Below are positions 1-14,289 of a stretch of 64,000 nucleotides of DNA, piece after piece. The position numbers were made by a program, and so were the translations under genes. This DNA is from Piromyces finnis finn (Eukaryota; Fungi; Neocallimastigomycota): NCBI GenBank assembly GCA_002104945.1, contig MCFH01000067.1, positions 62,001 through 126,000 on the forward strand, written 5' to 3'. The number at the start of each line of letters is the position of its first letter. The stretch's first letter is position 1. Below the pieces are notes generated by a model. The model was not told the DNA's origin. It searched no databases and worked only from the letters and a program-made list of their open reading frames with translations.

Positions 1-2108
1 TTATTATGGTAGCAATCCTTCCCTTCAATAAAACCCAAAGAACTTGTTAATAAATGCAATTTCATTGAATTACACTTATTGTGTGAAGTTAAAATTAAGT
101 TAGTTTTTAAGTTAGAATAAAACAGTTTTTTTGTTAATTCGGCTTCGTTTTTTGTAAAAAAAATGTCGCAAAGAATTAACTTTCAGCTGGATTTTTTCCT
201 TTTTTATACTTTTTTTTTGCATACTTAAAAACTGGTCATTCAGTCATTCCAATGAAGAAAGTGGCCATAAAAAGTATCAAAAAATTCATGTCCATTTTTA
301 ATGTTTGGTTTATTGATCAATATATTATAAATATATATTGTTTACATTTCAATATATGAATTGTTTTATTTTTTTTAATTACTATTTAAGTTAAAAACTG
401 GACATTCCAATGAAAAAAGTGGACATAAATTATCAAAATTCATGTCCATTTTAATGTTTGGTTTATTGAATAATACATTGTATATGGTATTTTAATTATA
501 ATTTCAAATTCAAATTAAAGTGATCTTTTTTTTTTTTTTTTTTTTTTTTTTTGGCCAAAAATTCAAGTAATGATTAATAGTTAAAAGGCTAAAAATTAAC
601 CAGAAAATTAAATTAGTTTTTTGATAAAAAAGTAAAAAAAAAATAATCTGTAATGTTTCAGTGTTACTTCATAATTAAGCATTGTATAAAAAATACTAGT
701 ATAATATAGAGTAAAATAAAAATTTCCATCTTTACACTAAATAGAAATAGAAATATTAAAAAATATAATAATGTTGTTAATATCGTTTAATGTTTAATTT
801 TTTCTACATAAAAATTTGCATATTCAATGTATCATCCATTTATACCTATACTCTTTTGTTTAATTTAAATAATTGTATTATACAATTTATTATATTCTAT
901 TATACCATATATTATCTAATGATGAATTAAAAATGATTTTATTAAAAAATAATTTATATATTGAAATATAATCAATATATATTTATAATATATAGATCAA
1001 TAGAACTGTTTTATATTAAAATTTTTATGAAAAAAAAGTATAAAAAAGAAAAATTTACGTTGAATTTAATTCTTTGCTACATTCTTTCTTGTAAAAGGTG
1101 TAGCCAAGATTGGGTGTAAAATAGTTAAAATGTGTTATAACATTAGCTAAATTAGATAAATAATGATTAAAGGGTTTTCCCTTTACATATTTTTGTAATT
1201 TTGTGATTTTATTTTACATATTAAGTGTTTTGCATTCAATAAGTATAATTATATTTAATTATATTTATCAACTAAATAATAGAAGAATAAGTTTTGGTGA
1301 TTAAAAAGGTTACTATCTTATAATAACGCTAGTGTTTTTAAGCATTTTGTGAAGAATGAGGTTTGAAGAATAATACTTTAAAGCTATATCAAAAATCGGA
1401 AAAAATCATTTCTACTATTGAGAAAATAAAAATCTTAGGTGGAAGAAGAAAGAAAAAAAAATATTTTAAAGAAGAATTGAGTAAACTAAAGAAGCTTAGT
1501 GCAAATCCGGAATTTAAGAAAGAAGTCTTTTAGCAATTCATAAAGAATTTGATTATATTAAAGATATTATGAGTAAATCTTTTTAACGATTAAGACTTAT
1601 AAAGAATGGTTTTTAATTTTGGAATTAAAACCTTTTTAAAGTAACAATATATAAATATTTAATAATATTTTAGAAAAAATTGTTAAATATTTAAAATAAC
1701 GATATATTTTAATAATAATTTTTATATGTAAAAATATAAAATAATATAAACTAAATAAAATCATTATTAAAACATAAAAAGCCTTATTAAAGTGTATAAA
1801 ATTTATTATTATTTTGACATTTGTAATTTAAAAATATTTTTGAATTATTTAGTTTAAAGAAGATAAATCATTTCGATATTGTAAAGTGGAGTGGATGTTA
1901 AATTGTTGAAAAGATTTGCATTATTCAAAGAATTGGATTGTAGAAGTAGTTGGTGATAATGAATTGAAATTATAATTATAGCAATAAAATAGTTGTTTTA
2001 ACAATGTAAAAAGTGTGTTCTTTTTTTTTTTTTATCTGAAAGTAATGTTCATACATTTAACCTTTTTAGTTACAAAAGAATAAAAATGAGTGACTTATTA
2101 AAGTAATA
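1..2108. repeat. Arm A of a near-identical inverted duplication (partner 11270-13377); may extend beyond the window start
   Basis: Position 1 (ttattatggtagcaatcc) is the reverse complement of 13377 backwards, and 2108 matches 11270. Coordinate sums are equal (13378) at both ends, so there is no net indel. Confidence 0.95.
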
Positions 2109-2332
2109 TAAGATTTTTTTTCCTTTGATGTATTCTTTATATGTTGCGGAAATTTCAGAATTCCTTAGAGGAACCTTTTCTTTTTTTCTATTCTCATTAT
2201 TTAGTATTCATTAATTAATTTATGCTTTATTCAAATTTTCATATATTTTATTATTCATTATTAATTAAAATATATCTTAAATTAAAATATTAATAATAAA
2301 ATTAGATTTTATTAATGTTATCACTTTATATC

Positions 2333-4076
2333 ATTTTATTTAGCAGAAAAACCCATTCCAACTACTGACTGCTACACTTATCTTGGTGTTCCATTTGAAA
2401 AGAATTTGTCCCTTAAACCAGTTATTAAAACTCTTAATAACAAAGTTTTGAAAGGACTTTTTTCAGTCAGTAAATTCTTAAGAAATCCTAATATTCCTAT
2501 TCCTTTCACAAAGCTAGTACTTAACTCACAAGTGATTAGTAGAGTTTCATACTTTCATTACTTGGATCCAACAAAGCTAGGTCTAGGATTGTTCAGAATC
2601 ATGTTAACAAAGGAATACGATGGGTTGCCGGAGTTCATAAAGCTGCATCGTTTATATCTTTATACTCTATCTCATAAGATTTGAATATTCCTCCATTGTC
2701 AGCCAAATGTGCGTTAGCTCAGGTTAGATGTTTTAACAAATGGAAAAACTCAAATTGTATTATCTCACACCTTGTCAATTACATTCCTAAATTTAAAAAA
2801 TATACATGGTGCAAATCAAGTAAGACACTTGATAAAAAATTAAAGAAGCATAGAGATGTTAAAGTAGTTAAAAACTTTTATTGGAAAGATCCCAAAGGGA
2901 ATTCAATCAAAGCACAATATTATGATGATAATAAATTTATTGAAACTAAAGATTTTATCAAATTATGTTATGAGTACCCAGAGTTTGCCTATGGCTTCTA
3001 CTGGCTATTGAAAACAAGAAGCGGATACAAGTTGGATGCTAGAATTGCAAAAGCTGCTAAAATTATTGATCCAGTTTGTCCTAACTACTGTCTATGTTGC
3101 AAAAGTGGAGATCAAAGTATTAAGCATTGGTTATTAGACTGTCCAACATTTAGAGATATCCGTATTAAAAATTACAATTCCATAGTCCAGCTATTAAATT
3201 TTTTCAGTCAGCATAATTCTAACAGTCCTATCAATAATAATGAAAATGTTAATAACAGTAGAGACAGCAATAATATTAATAGTAATAGTAACAAAAGTAG
3301 TAATAATAGTAACAATAGTAATAGTAATAATAATAGTAACAATAGTAATAGTAATAATAGTAATAATAACAATAGTAGTAGTAGTGGTAGAAGTAATAAT
3401 ATTAGTAATGATAGTAATAGTGAAGATAATAATTCTAATTTAGATAATAATTTAGTTAATAATAGTAATAGTTCTAATAATCCGGTGAATATTAATGTGT
3501 ATGATTATTCTAATGTGTGCAGTATAATATTTAAATTCCTTCTTGGGGGAAGAAGTTTTAACAATATCAATTACAATTCAAGGGAATGGAAAGAACTTTG
3601 TAAGCGTCAGATTCAATCTGGTACTAATGAAGGAACACTATTCTTGACAGTAACCGCGGAACTTCTAACCAAAATCATGCCTTTTGCTATTGGCCAGCAA
3701 TGGTCAATGTTCAAAAGGTTTGAAGCAACATCCAAGAGCGTCAATGCTGAAGAAACAGTAAGACAGGCCAGGAGGGCCAGCGCAACCAATGGAGATTATA
3801 ATTTTGTCCCATGATAAAATTTTGATCTTTGGCTCGGTGTCCCATTGGAAGTCAAATACAATTATTATACTTTAGAATCAAAGTGGCTTTCTTACTTTAA
3901 TTAAAAATACTAGAATAGAATACATTATACCCAATTTTTATTCATTTGTGTTTATTTAAATATATTTTTTTTATTTTTATTTTTAATTTTTTTATAACAT
4001 GTATTATAATTTTAATTAAATTAATAATAAAGTTTAAAATATTTGATGCCGTTAAAAAAAAAAAAAAAAAAAAAAA
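2333..4076 (+). mobile_element. 5'-truncated, frameshifted copy of LINE family 1 (end of RT, zinc finger, N/S-rich tract, 3'UTR, poly-A)
   Basis: ORFs 2406-2684 and 2681-3814 match the C-terminus of the 1502-aa ORF at 19439-23947. It ends gatgccgtt plus A-run 4054-4076, like the full-length copy. Confidence 0.95.
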
Positions 4077-4170
4077 GTAATAATAGTAATAATTTTAGTA
4101 ATCCGGTGAATATTAATGTGTATGGTTATTCTAGTGTATGCAGTAAAATATTTAAATTCCTTCTTGGAGT
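4077..4170 (+). mobile_element. Short internal LINE-1-family fragment placed directly after the poly-A tail
   Basis: aatccggtgaatattaatgtgtat...tttaaattccttcttgg repeats the sequence at about 3478-3548. Confidence 0.8.
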
Positions 4171-5481
4171 TATTTAAATTCCTTCTAATAACTCTATAAA
4201 TATTAACGAGCATGCAATGTAGAAAACAAAAATATTATTAAATATTTAATGGATAAATGTGCTAACATGAATATTTTTTAATAGTATATAAACAAGTAAA
4301 TATATTTTAATAATGAGCCAAATACAACAAATTACATATTTTACAACTCAAATACTAAAATCCTTTTTTAAGATACATATTTATTATAATTATTTATTGT
4401 TTTATTAAAAAATATATATATATTATAAACTTTCTATATTAAATGTGATATACATATGTTTATTAATACTTGATATTAATTTTATTTATAATTTTTACTT
4501 AAAAACTAATTATACTTTAGCATAACTTAATATTATTAGCCAGTAAAAAATAAAGAGAATATTCATAATTTTAATTTTGTAAAGTCATTTTGAAAATTTA
4601 AAAATATATAATAATTGATATTACACATTTATAATAGTATCCATTTAAACTTTGTATCAATATTACTTTAATTTTATTTTCTACTTTATTAATTTAGAAA
4701 TTTATAAAATATAAAACATAAAATTAAGCATAATAAAATAAGTTTTCCATTTTATATATAATATATAATAAAAAAAATTGTAAAATAAATATGATGTTAA
4801 TTCTTTAATTAATAAAAAAAAAATTATTTAAATCATATTTTTAATTATTATTAATAACTTTATAAGGAGTATGTTTTTTTTTTATTAATTTTTTAGTTTT
4901 AGCATTTTATTAAAAATAAAGAAATTCCTAAAATATCTTTTTTATTTATTTAAATAAAACTATTTTTTTTGAAAAACATTTAATATTGGTTATTTTTTCT
5001 TATTAAAGTTTTACTACTTAATTTTTGTTATTTTAATAAATCATAATTATTTGGATTACAAATTTTTATTCCCAGTATGAAAAATATTATATACTTCATC
5101 TCTATTTAATAAATCTATAAAAATAATGATATAAATGAAAAATAGAAAATGTGTATGAATTTACTGTTTGAATTAAATAATATTGATAAAAAATAGTATT
5201 TCTAAAAATCATTCTATTACTTTAAATCCTTATAATTATAAATAGTAACATCAATAAATGAAGATATATTTAATATAAATGTATAATTTTATTATTTAAG
5301 AATTATAAGGAGCTTTATTTTTATAGTTATAAATTTTTAAAATTTTATAAATTTTAATTAGAGAAAAATGAAAAGAAGAAAAAAAACCTTTAAAGAAATA
5401 TAATGTTTTATTAAAAAAAAAAAAAAAAAAAAAAAAACATTTAAAAATATTTTTTTTAACTAAATTGAAATTTGGGAAGAA

Positions 5482-7224
5482 ATGAGTTCAGATGTATCAA
5501 TTGATAAAAAATTATTTAAGAAAAACTTAATTTTAATAGCTTTTATATTTATTATTATAATAGCATCAATAGTATGTATTTTAATTAATGATTACGGGCA
5601 AAATATTCAATTTATAAATTTAAAAAGTAAACAAAAAATTCAATTTAAAACTGTTAAAAATATTAAAATAGAAAGTTTAAATAATTTTGAATTAAACAAT
5701 ACTAAAAATATAGAATCAGAAGATACTGGAAAAATCGAAATAGATTATAATGAAAATACTGAAAATATAGAATCAGAAGATACTGGAAAAATCGAAATAG
5801 ATTATAATGAAAATACTGAGAATATAGAATTAAACCATACTAATATTGCTGAATTAAATAATACTAAGCATGTCGAAATAGAAAATATAGAAAACGTTGA
5901 ATCAAGCAATAGTAATAAAACTGAAATAGACAATACTAAAAATAAATTACCAAAAGGATTTGTTTTTTTAGATAATTATATTTCAAATGGCCCGATAACC
6001 CAAAATAGAGATATTGATGATGGGACGAAAAGAAATTTATATCAATTAATTAATAAAGAAAATGATGATTTTAACAACGATGAATATGATTACGATGAAT
6101 ATATGACACTAAAAAATGAAACACATTGGAAATCTGAATATTTCTGTCAAATTAATTCAAAGTCAAGACCTGAAGTTTTGAAAGGATATGATATAACATG
6201 TCCGGAATATTATACTATCGTTATTGATAAAGCATTTTACGGTCGTCATCCAAATGATAAGAAACATTGTCCTATTCGACTTACATATTCAAAACTCAGA
6301 AAATTAAAAAAAGGATGTGGCTATGAACCTATCAATGCTATAAAAAATAATTGTGAGGGAAAGCAATATTGTACACTTATTCCAAGTGATAGAGTGTTTA
6401 AAGATACGTGTGTAGGATTAAAAAAATACCTTCATATTGAATATCATTGTGTAAAAAAGGCACAACTAAAGAAAAAAAGAATTTCAATTGTTTCATTTTA
6501 TGATAATATAAAATCTAATACGATACAAGAACATTCTGTGAGTGAATTTTACCAATATTCTAATATTCATGGTTATGAATATTCCCTAAGCACTTATAAT
6601 TATATTCCAGATCGTGTTATTTATTTTATGAAATTTCAACCGATTATCGAAAAATTAACGGAAGGATTAAAAAATGATAGTTATGATTGGATTGTTTGGG
6701 TTGATAGTGATATTATTATTACCAACCCCAACATTAAAATAGAGACATTTTTACCAGATGAAAAAATGAGTAAAGTTCATTTAATTGCTGCTTTTGACTA
6801 TCGTGGTCGAAAAGATGTATGCTGTGGATTGAATGCAGGTGTTCTCTTTATTCGTGTTCATGAATGGTCCTTAAATTTATTTACAAGGGCAATGGCCTAT
6901 CCTTATTATCGTTCAAAAATGTTATTAGAATTGGATGATCAAACAGCATTAAACAATGTATTGATTGAATTTAATGAAAAGAAACATTATATTATTGTAC
7001 CTCATCAATGGTTTAACACTTTCCAACCCAATAAAGATGGCTTTTTATTACATATTATGGGAGGTAATCAAAAAAAGAAAGAACGTTTCCTCCAGGAATT
7101 CTTTAAAGAGTCTAAAAATAGTTCAGAATGGACAAATAGAACTAATGAAGACATGCGAAAAGAAATTATAGATTATTATAATAAAGATTTGGATGACCAA
7201 TTAAATATTGTTTTACAACCATAA
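5482..7224 (+). CDS. Type II membrane glycosyltransferase: N-terminal TM, Gal/rhamnose-binding (SUEL) lectin domain, GT34 galactosyl/mannosyltransferase domain
   Basis: Hydrophobic LILIAFIFIIIIASIVCILI. Lectin Cys pattern ITCPEYYTIVIDKAFYGR...CEGKQYC...KYLHIEYHC. GT34 motifs WIVWVDSDIII (DxD), GLNAGVLFIR, DQTAL. A 57-bp (19-aa) tandem duplication lies in the stem. Confidence 0.85.
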   Translation: MSSDVSIDKKLFKKNLILIAFIFIIIIASIVCILINDYGQNIQFINLKSKQKIQFKTVKNIKIESLNNFELNNTKNIESEDTGKIEIDYNENTENIESEDTGKIEIDYNENTENIELNHTNIAELNNTKHVEIENIENVESSNSNKTEIDNTKNKLPKGFVFLDNYISNGPITQNRDIDDGTKRNLYQLINKENDDFNNDEYDYDEYMTLKNETHWKSEYFCQINSKSRPEVLKGYDITCPEYYTIVIDKAFYGRHPNDKKHCPIRLTYSKLRKLKKGCGYEPINAIKNNCEGKQYCTLIPSDRVFKDTCVGLKKYLHIEYHCVKKAQLKKKRISIVSFYDNIKSNTIQEHSVSEFYQYSNIHGYEYSLSTYNYIPDRVIYFMKFQPIIEKLTEGLKNDSYDWIVWVDSDIIITNPNIKIETFLPDEKMSKVHLIAAFDYRGRKDVCCGLNAGVLFIRVHEWSLNLFTRAMAYPYYRSKMLLELDDQTALNNVLIEFNEKKHYIIVPHQWFNTFQPNKDGFLLHIMGGNQKKKERFLQEFFKESKNSSEWTNRTNEDMRKEIIDYYNKDLDDQLNIVLQP

Positions 7225-7544
7225 AAAAATTATATATTTACCATTACATTTCAATTTATATCAAATGTATAATAAATTACTTTTACGATAGTTTAATAAT
7301 TTAGTAAAATCATTTATATAATAAGCATGAATTATTATCACTTAAATTTTTCTCTTATTATCATAATAGTACAAAGAAAAAAAAATTATTAAAAGCTTTA
7401 TTAAAAAACTAAAAGAACTTTTTTTTTACAAATTTACCAAAACATTATACATATATAATTATTACATATAGTTTACAATATATATATAAATAAAAAGTAA
7501 TATATCACTAATAATTATTATTTTTTATTATTACTCGTTTGTTT

Positions 7545-8995
7545 GAATATTTATTATTTTGAATATTAATGTCTATACATTTTCTTCAATTAAATATTTG
7601 ATAATACTAATATTTTCCATATCGGCTTGACATATATAGTGTAAACAAATATTTCCGTTGTTACTTTTAATATTTGAATAATATTTATAATTTTTTTATA
7701 TTATACCATTTATTATTAAGATATTTTTGCTCCTTTGTCCATCAAATGTTTTCTATATGATCATTATGTTTATTATTAGCATACTTTAATTGTAAATATC
7801 CATATGAATCTTTAATGTTCATATTCATTTTTTTTTCTTCAATTAAATATTTAACAAGATCTAAGCTTTCTTTTTCTGATAAACATGCACGATGTAATAA
7901 AATACATCCATAATTATCTTTTATATTTATATCTGCTCCTTTATCAATTAAATATTTAACAATATTTATATTTCCATTTTCGCATGCTACATGTAATGGA
8001 GTACATCCAAAACTGTTTTTAACATTAGCATCAACGTTTTTCTCTTCAATTAAATATTTAACAAGATCTAGGTTTTCTTTTTCTTCCTGACAAGCAAAAT
8101 GTAATGGTGCCGTTCCAATATTATCACTAATATTTAGATCGGTTCCTTTATCAATTAAATATTTAACAACATTTATATGTCCATTTATGAATGCATAATA
8201 AAGAGGTATTAATTTATTAATTTCTTGAATATTAATATCAACATTTTTCTTTTCAATTAAATATTTAACAAGATCTAGGTTTTCTTTTTCTTCCTGACAA
8301 GCAAAATGTAATGGTGCCGTTTCAATATTATCACTAATATTTAGATTGGTTCCTTTTTCAATCAAATACTTTACAATATTTTCATTTCCTTGGTAATATG
8401 CATGATGTAATGGAGTCCATCCATCATTATTTTGAATATATTTTTCTTCAATTAAATATTTAACAAATTTTATAATATCTTTTTCTGATTTACATGAATA
8501 ATGTAAAGAAATATTTTCATCTTCGCCATTTATATGTAAATCTGCATCTTTATTGATCAAATATTCAATTATATTTTCATTTACTTTTTTAAATGCTAGG
8601 TGTAAAGGAGTTAATTTATTGTAATGTTGAATATTTATATTCATTTCTTTTTCTTCAATTTAATATTTAATAACATTAACATTTTCTATGTCTGCTTGGC
8701 ATGTATAATGTAAACATGTATTTCCTTCATTACTTTTAATACTTAAATCTACACCATGAGATAACAAATATTTAGTCGCTTTTTCATTTCCTTTATTACA
8801 TACATAATGTAATAAAGTCCTTCATCATGTTGCGTATTTATATTTATATCTAATTTTTTTTTTACATCAATCATTATTTAATGAATGAATAATTAATATC
8901 ATTTCTTTAATATGCATTACTTTAATAGCCATATATTAAAGATGTAAAATTTCAAATTCATCATTTAAACATTTTTCAGTCAAGCACTAAATCAA
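7545..8995 (-). pseudogene. Ankyrin-repeat protein, frameshifted and interrupted upstream by a LINE-2-family insertion
   Basis: ORF 7742-8644 has repeated TPLHxA...VKYLI motifs. Further ankyrin-like sequence continues in other frames at about 7545-7740 and 8645-8995. Confidence 0.8.
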
Positions 8996-10015
8996 TTTTT
9001 TTAGACTAGGAAGAGAATAAACATCTTTTATTTATTTAATTTGTGATATTACATAATATTAGGTGATAATACATATTGATATAATAAATAATAAATAAAA
9101 ATAATAAAATATATATAAATAAAAATATAAATATAAAATAATATAAAATAATTATTTAAGTTGCATAAAAGTTCAATGAACTCTGCAATTTGTACTGTGT
9201 GGGATTGGTCTCTACCTAATAAATTAAATGAAATAAAGAAAAAGAAGTAACATCAGGTATGATAGTGTGATGTCCACTAAACTCTCCCATGAGTTGGTAA
9301 TGTTTTCATTCGAATTTAAGGAAATACTAACATTGAACTCTGTGTACGGAACACTGAGAATGCTCCTTTGCCATATCGGTACAACGTCGGCGCTCTTGAT
9401 GACGTTAGGTGTCTTACTAAACCTATCAAAAAGTAGCTTCATAGAGCTACTAATGATAGGGATTGTTTTAGTAAGAAAAGCCGCGAGACCCTCTACCTAT
9501 GGAACATGAGACCCCGATGAACTGTACAGCTGTTCATTTAAATGTCTTTGTTCCTAAATTTAAGTGAGGTTTGTTGAGACCGATATGCATTAGGCGATTT
9601 GAATTAAGGAATTTTTTGTTAGTATATCTGAGGGTTTTTACTTCCATTATTTAGGCTACTATTATTCCAATAGTGTTCTCTAATATCTTTAGTACTTTTA
9701 ATATTTATTTTCATAAGCTTCTTTGGTAGTGAACAAGATTCTTTGGCCCAAGAGTAATGAGACATGGGAGGAATAGATCGGACGAGATCTTTAATTATAC
9801 AATTTGATTTTCTCCATTTAACAATACATTTCACTTGTTGCGCAGCACAAATACCTGAAAGGGTAGGAATCTTCATATCTCTTGTAAGAGCATACAGACT
9901 AATAAATGAATTTCGTTCAAAAATAAAATCTTTGTTATTAAGGCTTTTATTGTGAAAGCTATTGACACTCCATAAAACAGCAGTATTGATAAGAGTTTGT
10001 TTCACCAAGAAGGAA
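8996..10015 (-). mobile_element. 5'-truncated LINE family 2 fragment (copy B)
   Basis: ORF 9619-10008 (ISLYALTRDMKIPTLSGICAAQQVKCIVKWRKSNCII) is a diverged homolog of the LINE-1 post-RT region (ISLYSISKDLNIPPLSAKCALAQVRCFNKWKNSNCII). It ends in agtct plus a short A-run. Confidence 0.8.
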
Positions 10016-10524
10016 CATAAAAATATATTTTTAGTTTGTTGTTAGTAAAATTTAATGGAATACATCCTTTGCTATTTTTAATATCAATTTTAGCACCATA
10101 TTCAACTAAATATTTTTACATTTTATTACATTATTTGTTTTTCATTTACATGGTCAAACATTGTAAAATAACAAAAACCACTATAATTAACAATAATAAT
10201 AAATATATTCATTTTTAAAATAGAACAATATTAAGATATAACAGGATGTAGATGTAATGAATATACTTAAATAAGTTTGTAACAATAGCTATAACTAATG
10301 CATTGCATAATATTTGGATGATGATGTTTATTTTATTTTTATTTTAATAACGATAATAAAGTGAACTATTACAACTTTGTATATGCTCATTTCTCAATTT
10401 GATAAAAGCATTTCCTACTGTGTATGAATAATACAGTTTGGTTCGTCCATTATTCTTTCTAATTCTAATATTATTAATATTTAATACACTTTATATTAAA
10501 TTTTACTTTCTGAATGAGATATAG

Positions 10525-11270
10525 TTTTTTTTTTTTTTTTTTTTTTTTTTTAACGGCATCAATTATTTTTAAACTCTTTTAATTTAATTAAAATTATAAT
10601 ACATGTAATATAAAAAATTAAAAGTAAAAATAAAAATAAAAAAAAATATGTTTAAATAAAAACAAATGAATAAAAATTGGGTATAATGTATTCTATTCTA
10701 GTATTTTTAATTAAAGTAAGAAAGCCACTTTGATTCTAAAGTATAATAATTGTATTTGATTTCCAATGGGACAACAAGCCAAAGATCAAAATTTTGTCAT
10801 GGAACAAAATTATGATCTCCATTGGTTACGCTGGCCGTCCTGTCCTGTTTTACTGTTTCTTCAGCATTGACGCTCTTGGATGTTGCTTCAAACCTTTTGA
10901 ACATTAACCATTGCTGGCCAATAATAAAAAGCATGATTTTGGTAAGAAATTCAGCGGTTACCGTCAAGAATGGTGTTCCTTCATTAGTACCAGATTGAAT
11001 CTGACGCTTACAAAGTTCTTTCCATTCTCTTGAATTGTAACTGATATTGTTAAAACTTCTTCCCCCAAGAAGGAATTTAAATATTATACTGCACACATTA
11101 GAATAATCATACACATTAATATTCACCGGATTATTAGAACTATTACTATTATTAACTAAATTACTATCTAAATTAGAATTATTATCTTCACTATTGCTAT
11201 CATTACTAATATTATTATTTCTATTACTACTATTGTTACTATTACTATTGTTATTATTATTACTACTATT
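10525..11270 (-). mobile_element. LINE family 1 3' end (truncated in the N/S-rich tract) with poly-A
   Basis: ORF 10797-11126 matches the LINE-1 C-terminus. T-run 10525-10551 is followed by aacggcatc. Confidence 0.95.
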
Positions 11271-13377
11271 ATTACTTTAATAAGTCACTCATTTTTATTC
11301 TTTTGTAACTAAAAAGGTTAAATGTATGAACATTACTTTCAGATAAAAAAAAAAAAAGAACACACTTTTTACATTGTTAAAACAACTATTTTATTGCTAT
11401 AATTATAATTTCAATTCATTATCACCAACTACTTCTACAATCCAATTCTTTGAATAATGCAAATCTTTTCAACAATTTAACATCCACTCCACTTTACAAT
11501 ATCGAAATGATTTATCTTCTTTAAACTAAATAATTCAAAAATATTTTTAAATTACAAATGTCAAAATAATAATAAATTTTATACACTTTAATAAGGCTTT
11601 TTATGTTTTAATAATGATTTTATTTAGTTTATATTATTTTATATTTTTACATATAAAAATTATTATTAAAATATATCGTTATTTTAAATATTTAACAATT
11701 TTTTCTAAAATATTATTAAATATTTATATATTGTTACTTTAAAAAGGTTTTAATTCCAAAATTAAAAACCATTCTTTATAAGTCTTAATCGTTAAAAAGA
11801 TTTACTCATAATATCTTTAATATAATCAAATTCTTTATGAATTGCTAAAAGACTTCTTTCTTAAATTCCGGATTTGCACTAAGCTTCTTTAGTTTACTCA
11901 ATTCTTCTTTAAAATATTTTTTTTTCTTTCTTCTTCCACCTAAGATTTTTATTTTCTCAATAGTAGAAATGATTTTTTCCGATTTTTGATATAGCTTTAA
12001 AGTATTATTCTTCAAACCTCATTCTTCACAAAATGCTTAAAAACACTAGCGTTATTATAAGATAGTAACCTTTTTAATCACCAAAACTTATTCTTCTATT
12101 ATTTAGTTGATAAATATAATTAAATATAATTATACTTATTGAATGCAAAACACTTAATATGTAAAATAAAATCACAAAATTACAAAAATATGTAAAGGGA
12201 AAACCCTTTAATCATTATTTATCTAATTTAGCTAATGTTATAACACATTTTAACTATTTTACACCCAATCTTGGCTACACCTTTTACAAGAAAGAATGTA
12301 GCAAAGAATTAAATTCAACGTAAATTTTTCTTTTTTATACTTTTTTTTCATAAAAATTTTAATATAAAACAGTTCTATTGATCTATATATTATAAATATA
12401 TATTGATTATATTTCAATATATAAATTATTTTTTAATAAAATCATTTTTAATTCATCATTAGATAATATATGGTATAATAGAATATAATAAATTGTATAA
12501 TACAATTATTTAAATTAAACAAAAGAGTATAGGTATAAATGGATGATACATTGAATATGCAAATTTTTATGTAGAAAAAATTAAACATTAAACGATATTA
12601 ACAACATTATTATATTTTTTAATATTTCTATTTCTATTTAGTGTAAAGATGGAAATTTTTATTTTACTCTATATTATACTAGTATTTTTTATACAATGCT
12701 TAATTATGAAGTAACACTGAAACATTACAGATTATTTTTTTTTTACTTTTTTATCAAAAAACTAATTTAATTTTCTGGTTAATTTTTAGCCTTTTAACTA
12801 TTAATCATTACTTGAATTTTTGGCCAAAAAAAAAAAAAAAAAAAAAAAAAAAGATCACTTTAATTTGAATTTGAAATTATAATTAAAATACCATATACAA
12901 TGTATTATTCAATAAACCAAACATTAAAATGGACATGAATTTTGATAATTTATGTCCACTTTTTTCATTGGAATGTCCAGTTTTTAACTTAAATAGTAAT
13001 TAAAAAAAATAAAACAATTCATATATTGAAATGTAAACAATATATATTTATAATATATTGATCAATAAACCAAACATTAAAAATGGACATGAATTTTTTG
13101 ATACTTTTTATGGCCACTTTCTTCATTGGAATGACTGAATGACCAGTTTTTAAGTATGCAAAAAAAAAGTATAAAAAAGGAAAAAATCCAGCTGAAAGTT
13201 AATTCTTTGCGACATTTTTTTTACAAAAAACGAAGCCGAATTAACAAAAAAACTGTTTTATTCTAACTTAAAAACTAACTTAATTTTAACTTCACACAAT
13301 AAGTGTAATTCAATGAAATTGCATTTATTAACAAGTTCTTTGGGTTTTATTGAAGGGAAGGATTGCTACCATAATAA
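11270..13377. repeat. Arm A' (inverted copy of 1-2108)
   Basis: Direct reverse-complement match to 1-2108. Confidence 0.95.
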
Positions 13378-14119
13378 CTCTAGTATTCTAAAACTTTTTC
13401 TAAAGAGTGAGGCTTGAAGAATGGTACTTTAAGGAGGATATCAAAAATTGAATTGAATCTACCTGAATAATGAAAAAGAAGAAAGAATAAAATTCTTTTG
13501 AAAGGAAACGAGTAAACCAAAAGAAATCCTAAAGTGAACTTTTAAGACAGAAGAAAAATGGGAAATCCATGAAATATCAAAAGTTGATAAATGCTAAAGA
13601 TATTATGAATAAATCTTTTTATTTAGTTAAAACCAAATGAGAAAAGTTTTAATTTTGGAATTAAAATCTTTTAAAAGTAGTATTTTAAGAATTATTTAAA
13701 AAATAAAATATTGATTATTTAAAATTAATAATAAATTATTATTAAATTTAAATAGTTAATGTTTTATTTTTATTGATAATGATTAATTCGTACTTTTTAA
13801 ATATTTAAAATAATAATAATAATTTTTATATGTAAAAATGTAAAAAAAAGTTATTAATAACAATAAATAAAGTATTATATATTAAAACCTAAAACCTTGA
13901 TTATTTTTAGTTTTTTTTCCTGATATTGAAGAATTTAAATATATTTTTTAATTTTGGAGTTATAATTTTGGTGTTGATGGTTGATGGTTATTAAAAAGTT
14001 TATCTTATTTAACTATGGAGTAATTAGAATATGGAAGGATTGGTGAAGGTGAAACGTGAAACGAAGATTGAACCGAATAGAACTATTATTTCTATTACAC
14101 AAGAAATTGATGAATTAAA

Positions 14120-14270
14120 AGGAGATATTGATAAGAAAGATCATAATGGATGTATATTTTTGCATAGAGCATGCAAAGGAGGAAACAAAGAAAATGTAAA
14201 AATATTTAGTTGAATATGGTGCTAAAATTGATATTAAAAATAGCAAAGGATGTATTCCATTAAATTTTAC
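14120..14270 (+). pseudogene. Ankyrin-repeat gene fragment upstream of LINE-2 copy B'
   Basis: DIDKKDHNGCIFLHRACKGGNKENVK, then (frameshift) YLVEYGAKIDIKNSKGCIPL-like sequence. Confidence 0.65.
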
Positions 14271-14289
14271 TAACAACAAACTAAAAATA

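Noticed and set aside
3240-3443. Hydrophobic ORFs (3240-3443, 15490-15672, 50019-50438, 50186-50593, 26993-27211)
   Set aside because: These are alternate-frame or antisense readings of low-complexity N/S, Thr or Gln tracts of real ORFs or LINE fragments.
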